From Candidatus Woesearchaeota archaeon (GTDB lineage: Archaea > Nanobdellota > Nanobdellia > Woesearchaeales > 0-14-0-80-44-23): DNA of 64,000 bases. This document shows positions 58,864 to 64,000 of the stretch, one piece after another. The first letter of the stretch is position 1. Each line of letters begins with the position of its first letter. The translations under genes and the position numbers were made by a program. The DNA lies in assembly GCA_038874135.1 (NCBI GenBank), contig JAVZCZ010000001.1:480001-544000 (forward strand), read 5' to 3'. The notes below the pieces were generated by a model. The model saw only the letters and a list, made by a program, of their open reading frames with translations. It was not told the DNA's origin and ran no database searches.

Positions 58864-59008
58864 ATGCTTTAAGAATTCGTCCTAATTTAAAAAAGTATTG
58901 AAGCCATTCTGAGTTAAAAATAGCGTGTTCTGAATAAAAAGTTTTATATATAACTTAATTATTGTGGAGAGATAGAATGTATTCATGCTTTTGAAGGTGA
59001 TTTGAAAA

Positions 59009-59272
59009 ATGGCAGGAGAAGAAAAAAAGCTGAGCGCCCAGCTCATAGGGAAAACTGTTGTTAGCAAGACGGGAAAGAAATTTGGAGAAGTTGGGGACAT
59101 AATATTTGAAACCAAGTCGGGAGAGCTTATTCACATAGTTCTTAAAAATCCGACAGTGTACACTGAAAAGCTTGAGCTGGAAAAGGACAAGGATGGTAAT
59201 ATTTTAATACCCTTCAGTGCAGTGATTGCTACCGGCGACTTCCTCGTAGTTTCTGAGGAAGACATCGTTTAA
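59009..59272 (+). CDS. PRC-barrel domain protein (CdpB-like)
   Basis: LIGKTVVSKTGKKFGEVGDIIFETKSGEL...IPFSAVIATGDFLVV. Confidence 0.88.
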   Translation: MAGEEKKLSAQLIGKTVVSKTGKKFGEVGDIIFETKSGELIHIVLKNPTVYTEKLELEKDKDGNILIPFSAVIATGDFLVVSEEDIV

Positions 59273-59282
59273 TTTTTTAATT

Positions 59283-60506
59283 TTAAATAATTCTTATACT
59301 GCTGATTATCTTCTGTATAATTGGAGCTAGAAGGCCCATTATTACGAGAAGCAGGAATGCCAGGTTTATTACCTTCCAGATCTTGTCTGCGCGCTTCTTA
59401 TTGCTGTAAATGTCTAGGAGTGCAACCTGCAATATTCTGGCGCCGTCAGTTACGAATATTGGAAGCAGGTTGGTTAGGCCTATGAATAGGTTAAAGAGGA
59501 ATATCCACCTGATTAGCTCCTTTAGCCAGGAATATGCAGGGTATATTCCTTTATATTTCGGGTTGACCTCTCTTATGTTCTTAATATTTTGAATTCCAAG
59601 ATATGCCCTGTTTGGGTTTGAAGGATGCTGACTTGTAATTAAGGAGTATGATGCATTGTTATTTGAAAGAGTTACCTGCTGTCCAGGCTTAACGCAGTAG
59701 TACAGCTGGGTTATGAAGTATTCTGAAGAATTAACTTGAACGCCGTTGAATGTGTTGAAGATTGTGTTGTTAGGAATTCCTGCAATGCCTGCTGGCACGG
59801 AACTGTTTATCACTGTAAATGCAAATCCTGTAGGTGTTGTTAGTTTGTCTTCAAATGGGGCAAGAGTGTTGTTGGATGAGTCTGCCACATATGGCAGTGC
59901 TGCAAATATTATCATTGCAAGAATTATGTTAATTATTGGCCCTGCAGCAAGTATTGAGTACTGCTGTATTGGACTTTTCTTTTTCATCTCTTTTTCATCC
60001 GGTTCAACAAATGCTGCGGGGAATACTGGTGCTATTATTCCTAGAACTGCAAAGCCGCTGGACTTTATCTTTAGGTTGTGAGCAGAAGCCATAATCCCGT
60101 GGGCAAGCTCGTGCACAAGTGCGATTAAAAAGAGTCCTACAAGCCAGTATGAGAATGAGAGATATCCTATTCCGGGAATTTGAGTGCCCGGGTATATGAG
60201 TGCCATGCCGGTTTCTGTTGTAGCTGGACTTATTAGGAATTTAAGCATGGTTCTGAGTATGTTGTAGGAGATGAAGAGCATTCCTGCAAATGCGAATCCG
60301 ATGAAGCAGTATCCGAGCAGGATTATTACCCTTCTGTACCTGTCAGATATCCTCTTCATAAGCCCCAATCCCAAGCGCGTCTTGTAGAGTATGATGTAGA
60401 TTATGGGATAAACGATTTTTTGGACTGTTAACTTTTTTTTGTTCTTGAGCATTATTATTGAGAGCACTGCTATGAATACCAGAAATGCTAGTATGTCATA
60501 ATTCAT
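59283..60506 (-). CDS. site-2 protease (M50) family membrane metalloprotease
   Basis: VHELAHG, AFVEPDE, AGP..N, NLLP..DG. Confidence 0.92.
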   Translation of the reverse strand: MNYDILAFLVFIAVLSIIMLKNKKKLTVQKIVYPIIYIILYKTRLGLGLMKRISDRYRRVIILLGYCFIGFAFAGMLFISYNILRTMLKFLISPATTETGMALIYPGTQIPGIGYLSFSYWLVGLFLIALVHELAHGIMASAHNLKIKSSGFAVLGIIAPVFPAAFVEPDEKEMKKKSPIQQYSILAAGPIINIILAMIIFAALPYVADSSNNTLAPFEDKLTTPTGFAFTVINSSVPAGIAGIPNNTIFNTFNGVQVNSSEYFITQLYYCVKPGQQVTLSNNNASYSLITSQHPSNPNRAYLGIQNIKNIREVNPKYKGIYPAYSWLKELIRWIFLFNLFIGLTNLLPIFVTDGARILQVALLDIYSNKKRADKIWKVINLAFLLLVIMGLLAPIIQKIISSIRII

Positions 60507-60594
60507 AAATTAGAAATTTGCTTGGTTGTTTAAAAAAGTTTTGAATTTTGGAATGTTGGAAAGTTTTAAAAGAAGCGGAGCATTAGGTTTTTAC

Positions 60595-61821
60595 ATGTCC
60601 AGCCTTGCTGCTAAAAGGGGTGATTCGCATATTGATGTCATAATAAGCCTTGCCATATTCATACTCTTTCTCAGCTGGTTCTTTGCTTTCATACAGCCCC
60701 AGTATGCTAGTTTTGTGGGACAAAAAACTGCCCTTTCCACTGTAGAATCCGCGCTTTCAGCGGCCTACTGGGAGGTACAGCAGGTTCCACTTTTCATCTA
60801 TTCGAATTCTTCAGGGAAGATGCCAATCGTTGTGAAATTTCCTTTTGGCTGGGGTGAGCATAATATGAGATTTCTGCCTGAGAGAGATTTTGCCCTTTTA
60901 AGGGGAAGGTTGTTCTTTTTAGGCTCTCCTGCAGAGTCGCCTTTTCTCTTAACTTATTCAAACTGGAGCACTAATAAGAGTGTAACTGACTGCGGGTTGT
61001 ATTATAGCGATGAGAGTGTCACCTCGCTGAATGTTCGGGCTGATTTTAGCGGGCAGATATTAAAATCATTACAGTATGATGGCGCCGAGCTTGTCAGGGA
61101 TTTTCTCATACTGCTAAATGAGGAAGAGCCCGGCTTTGAGAATTCCAGCATGGAAGACAGAGGCTTCATAGTTTTGAATAAATTTGAAAGTGAAGAAAGT
61201 TATGTTTTGTATGTGTTCTTCTGTAACAGCTCAGCTATGTTTATTATGACTGGTTCAAGCTCAGAAAAGAACATAAAATTGAAATTCACTCCAGTTAATA
61301 TGACTCATTATTACATTAATAATGAATTTAACGGGCCCTTGTCTGAGCTTACAGACGGCTTGCTGGCTGGGAATGTGACTTCTCTTTTTATTTATGAGAA
61401 CATTTCCGGAAGGGGCTTTGAATTGCTTTCAGAGGATGCTTTCAGTGTTGAACACTACTCATCCAATTTTGAGATTGCGAGTAATGGAACTTCTATGATT
61501 TTTTGGATTGTACCCTTCCGAGAGAATTATTCAGGTAATGAATTTGAGACCATGTTTGGCTACAATTACTCTTTTGGCGTGATTAGAAGGATAAGAGGGT
61601 TGAATCCATATTATTTTTCAAAAGCCAACCTTTTTAAAAACGAGCTTGACGGAATTGGAGAGTACTACCTAAACATATCCTGTCCTTCCCTAAATTATTT
61701 TGAAGGAAACTTGAAAGAGAGCGATTTAAAAAACATTTATGCTGCCTCTCTGCTCAAGTATGCAGTTTTTTCAAATGGCAGTTTGGAGAGGTGTGTGGTG
61801 CATGAGGGCATTGCGAAGTAG
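60595..61821 (+). CDS. pilin-like/secreted protein with class III-like signal peptide
   Basis: KRG|DSHIDVIISLAIFILFLSWFF from ATG 60595. Confidence 0.6.
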   Translation: MSSLAAKRGDSHIDVIISLAIFILFLSWFFAFIQPQYASFVGQKTALSTVESALSAAYWEVQQVPLFIYSNSSGKMPIVVKFPFGWGEHNMRFLPERDFALLRGRLFFLGSPAESPFLLTYSNWSTNKSVTDCGLYYSDESVTSLNVRADFSGQILKSLQYDGAELVRDFLILLNEEEPGFENSSMEDRGFIVLNKFESEESYVLYVFFCNSSAMFIMTGSSSEKNIKLKFTPVNMTHYYINNEFNGPLSELTDGLLAGNVTSLFIYENISGRGFELLSEDAFSVEHYSSNFEIASNGTSMIFWIVPFRENYSGNEFETMFGYNYSFGVIRRIRGLNPYYFSKANLFKNELDGIGEYYLNISCPSLNYFEGNLKESDLKNIYAASLLKYAVFSNGSLERCVVHEGIAK

Positions 61822-62194
61822 GGGCTTTGCCAAAACTGTTGAGATGCTGATTGCAGTTTCAATAATCTTCACATTCTCACTAATCATAATTCCACAAAGC
61901 GCCAGATTCTCAGAACAGGATTTAGACCTGTCATTCTTAGATGGACTTGCATTAGATGAAAATTTCAGAAGGGCAGTTCTTTACGAAAATGTTTCTGCAG
62001 TTAATATTTATGTGAGGGATGCTATGGATTCAGCTGGCTTGCAGAGGTTAAACTTTACCTTATCAATTTCAAAAGATCCATCTTCTACAATTTCTCTACC
62101 ATCGCGCGATGTTAAGGCATATTCAATGTTTGTAAGTGCAGAGAAAGAGCTTCTAGGACCTAAGATTCTAAGGGTTTATGTTTGGAAGGATTAA
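61802..62194 (+). CDS. pilin-like protein with class III signal peptide
   Basis: SRG|FAKTVEMLIAVSIIF from ATG 61802; C-terminal LRVYVW. Confidence 0.65.
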   Translation: MRALRSRGFAKTVEMLIAVSIIFTFSLIIIPQSARFSEQDLDLSFLDGLALDENFRRAVLYENVSAVNIYVRDAMDSAGLQRLNFTLSISKDPSSTISLPSRDVKAYSMFVSAEKELLGPKILRVYVWKD

Positions 62195-62200
62195 AAAAAT

Positions 62201-62608
62201 TTATGGGCTGAGCACCTTTTTTTCAAGGTCGGATGCATCTGAAGGAATTTTATCTGCATAGTATAGAGGCACTAGGATTATGTCTCCCGGGTGTAGCTGC
62301 TCTGGCTTCTTGCCGTTTACTTGTTCCATGATTTCAATCAGCACATTTCTTTGGTTTGAAACAAGGTTCCAACGCTGCTCATTCAATGATTCCAGCAGAC
62401 TATAATATGTATCGCCCTTACCAACCTTCACGGGTATGAGCTTATAGTCGCCGCCGAACAATCCATCCAGGTGTATGCACTGTTCATTATTATAAGAGTA
62501 TGTTGAGAAGTTTATTGGAGAATTCAACATGTTATATGCAAGTTTAAAAGTGCCAATCCCAAGGGTTGCTATTGCGATGTAAGGAACAATTTTTTTTATT
62601 AAACTCAT
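62201..62608 (-). CDS. membrane-anchored LysM domain protein
   Basis: N-terminal hydrophobic helix; VKVGKGDTYYSL...IMEQVNG..PEQLHPGDIILVP. Confidence 0.75.
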   Translation of the reverse strand: MSLIKKIVPYIAIATLGIGTFKLAYNMLNSPINFSTYSYNNEQCIHLDGLFGGDYKLIPVKVGKGDTYYSLLESLNEQRWNLVSNQRNVLIEIMEQVNGKKPEQLHPGDIILVPLYYADKIPSDASDLEKKVLSP

Positions 62609-62726
62609 ATTATCACCCTTCCAAATTTTATTGTTACTATTTAGTAGTAATAATACTAATATTTAAAGCTTTCGATTGTCATTTATATTCTGTCAAAGAA
62701 AAAGATGAAAAAAGAGGACTTAAATT

Positions 62727-63323
62727 CTAATCCTCTGAAAAGTCATCTATCTTGTATGAAAACTCTTCATCACTCTTTATAACGCCCCTCTTCTTCAAAT
62801 ACTCTCTCGCCAGGATGAAGAAGAGTATTCCTAAGCTCTTTTTTCCCTTGTTATTGCATGGAACTACTAAGTCAAGATAGTTCGCCTGATTGTTAGTGTC
62901 GCAAAGCCCAATTATTGGAATTCCTGTTTTGAAAGCGTCTAGAACTGCATTCTTATCTGGCCATGGGTCTGTTGCCAGGAGCAGTTTGGTTTCCATATAG
63001 ATTTTCAGATTCGGATTTGTAAGAGCTCCCGGAGGATACCTTCCTGTCAAGACCTTGATTCCTGTAATTTTAGAAAAAAGCTTGGCTGCCTTCCAGCCAT
63101 TCTCACGTCGGCTAACAACCAAGATGTCTTCTGGGGCATAGTGGGACAGCATATTCGCTGCAATTCTTATCCTCTCATCAATCGCCTGAAGGTTCATGAC
63201 TGAGAGCCCGTCAGGCCTTGTTTTGTAAATGAAGTTCTCCATATACTTCGTTTTGAACTTAGTTCCAATATGTATTCCCGACTTGAGATAGTCGTTTGTC
63301 GGCACTAAAAAAGATTCTGCCAT
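62727..63323 (-). CDS. rps2: 30S ribosomal protein S2 (uS2)
   Basis: YLKSGIHIGT, RPDGL, GRYPPGALTNP, CDTNN, PCNNKGKKSL; ATG 63323 with GGAGG SD. Confidence 0.97.
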   Translation of the reverse strand: MAESFLVPTNDYLKSGIHIGTKFKTKYMENFIYKTRPDGLSVMNLQAIDERIRIAANMLSHYAPEDILVVSRRENGWKAAKLFSKITGIKVLTGRYPPGALTNPNLKIYMETKLLLATDPWPDKNAVLDAFKTGIPIIGLCDTNNQANYLDLVVPCNNKGKKSLGILFFILAREYLKKRGVIKSDEEFSYKIDDFSED

Positions 63324-63425
63324 TTTAGTTTTCCTCCTGCAGGTGCTTAGAAGCACTGCATTTTTTTAACCTCAGCAGTTTCACCCTTTCGGGCAGCTTC
63401 CGAGCTACTGCGCTCGGGCTTTGGT
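63324..63425 (-). promoter_or_regulatory. candidate structured 5' leader RNA of rps2
   Basis: Stems CCGAGC/GCUCGG and GCCC-GAAA-GGGU, loop pairing GCAGU/ACUGC, SD-proximal hairpin; TATA-like TTTATAAA about 25-30 nt upstream. Confidence 0.55.
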
Positions 63426-63476
63426 ATTATTCTTAGGGGTTTAACAAGCTGTTTATAAATTTAACTCAGAAAAAAA

Positions 63477-63824
63477 TTACTTCTTGAGGGAGAGTATCGC
63501 CGCTGCTATGTCCCCTTTTGAGGCTATGAGCGCTTTTTCTGCCTCTTTCCTGCTGACAGATGCACCTTGCATTACCATCTCTATGTCTTCCTCGCTTATT
63601 TCAGGGATTGGAGGCAAGTTCTCTTCAGTGATCCTACCGCTTATCTGAAAAGAATCTTCACCGCCCATTTTGATTTTTATTACATGAGGCGTTGTAATTC
63701 TAATGTTTTTATCCTTGCATCTTATTATTACTTCTTCTGCTTCAATATTTTCTTGAGAGATTCCCAGCTGGCGCATTGCCTGGCTGAGCTGTCGCGGATT
63801 TATCCGGGGATACAAAATTATCAC
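63477..63824 (-). CDS. nac: nascent polypeptide-associated complex protein (NAC)
   Basis: NPRQLSQAMRQLGI..AEEVII..SFQISG; UBA-like EDIEMV..SRKEAEKAL..GDIAAAI. Confidence 0.93.
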   Translation of the reverse strand: MIILYPRINPRQLSQAMRQLGISQENIEAEEVIIRCKDKNIRITTPHVIKIKMGGEDSFQISGRITEENLPPIPEISEEDIEMVMQGASVSRKEAEKALIASKGDIAAAILSLKK

Positions 63825-63825
63825 C

Positions 63826-64000
63826 TTACTTAGAAAACCCGAACCATGAATAGCCGAGAGTGTGAAGCAGCACCTCTATCAGGATTACAGCAAGTATCAT
63901 GATTAACACTTGTTCCGGTTTTATTTGAAGCTTGCTGCCTGTTGAATCCGAAAAACTTATGAGACCTCCTCCGCTTGACGGAAGCCTTATCTTATTATCT
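63826..64000 (-). CDS. preprotein translocase subunit Sec61beta (5' truncated)
   Basis: Manual translation DNKIRLPSSGGGLISFSDSTGSKLQIKPEQVLIMILAVILIEVLLHTLGYSWFGFSK*. Confidence 0.88.
   Translation of the reverse strand, partial: DNKIRLPSSGGGLISFSDSTGSKLQIKPEQVLIMILAVILIEVLLHTLGYSWFGFSK

Noticed and set aside
63375-63417. Hammerhead ribozyme in the rps2 leader (GUA, stem-GAAAC pattern)
   Set aside because: The CUGANGA core is absent

Overview
Archaeal chromosome segment. The informational genes are archaeal: aRF1, RadB, prefoldin beta, Rpo12, L37Ae, archease-RtcB, NreA, Rpp30, NAC, Sec61beta and an initiator tRNA with A1-U72. The near absence of metabolic genes, the many class III signal-peptide (pilin-like) proteins, the giant Cys-rich surface proteins and an Lgt homologue suggest a DPANN archaeon, probably Woesearchaeota-like (inference). 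The main accessory element is a complete, AT-rich type V-A CRISPR-Cas island between nth and alaS: cas12a-cas4-cas1-cas2, a leader, 8 repeats and 7 spacers. Its Cas12a keeps all RuvC and RNase catalytic residues, but the normally conserved PAM-contacting Lys of the LPK motif is replaced by His. A repeat-like inverted repeat lies next to the cas12a promoter. Other notable items are two paralogous mosaic Cys-rich surface-protein genes sharing near-identical DNA cassettes, a bacterial-type Lgt, a membrane LysM protein, a pseudoknot-like leader upstream of rps2, a stand-alone subtilisin-prodomain-like gene, and kb-scale patches of opposite strand skew. All calls come from reading motifs by eye; no database searches were run.
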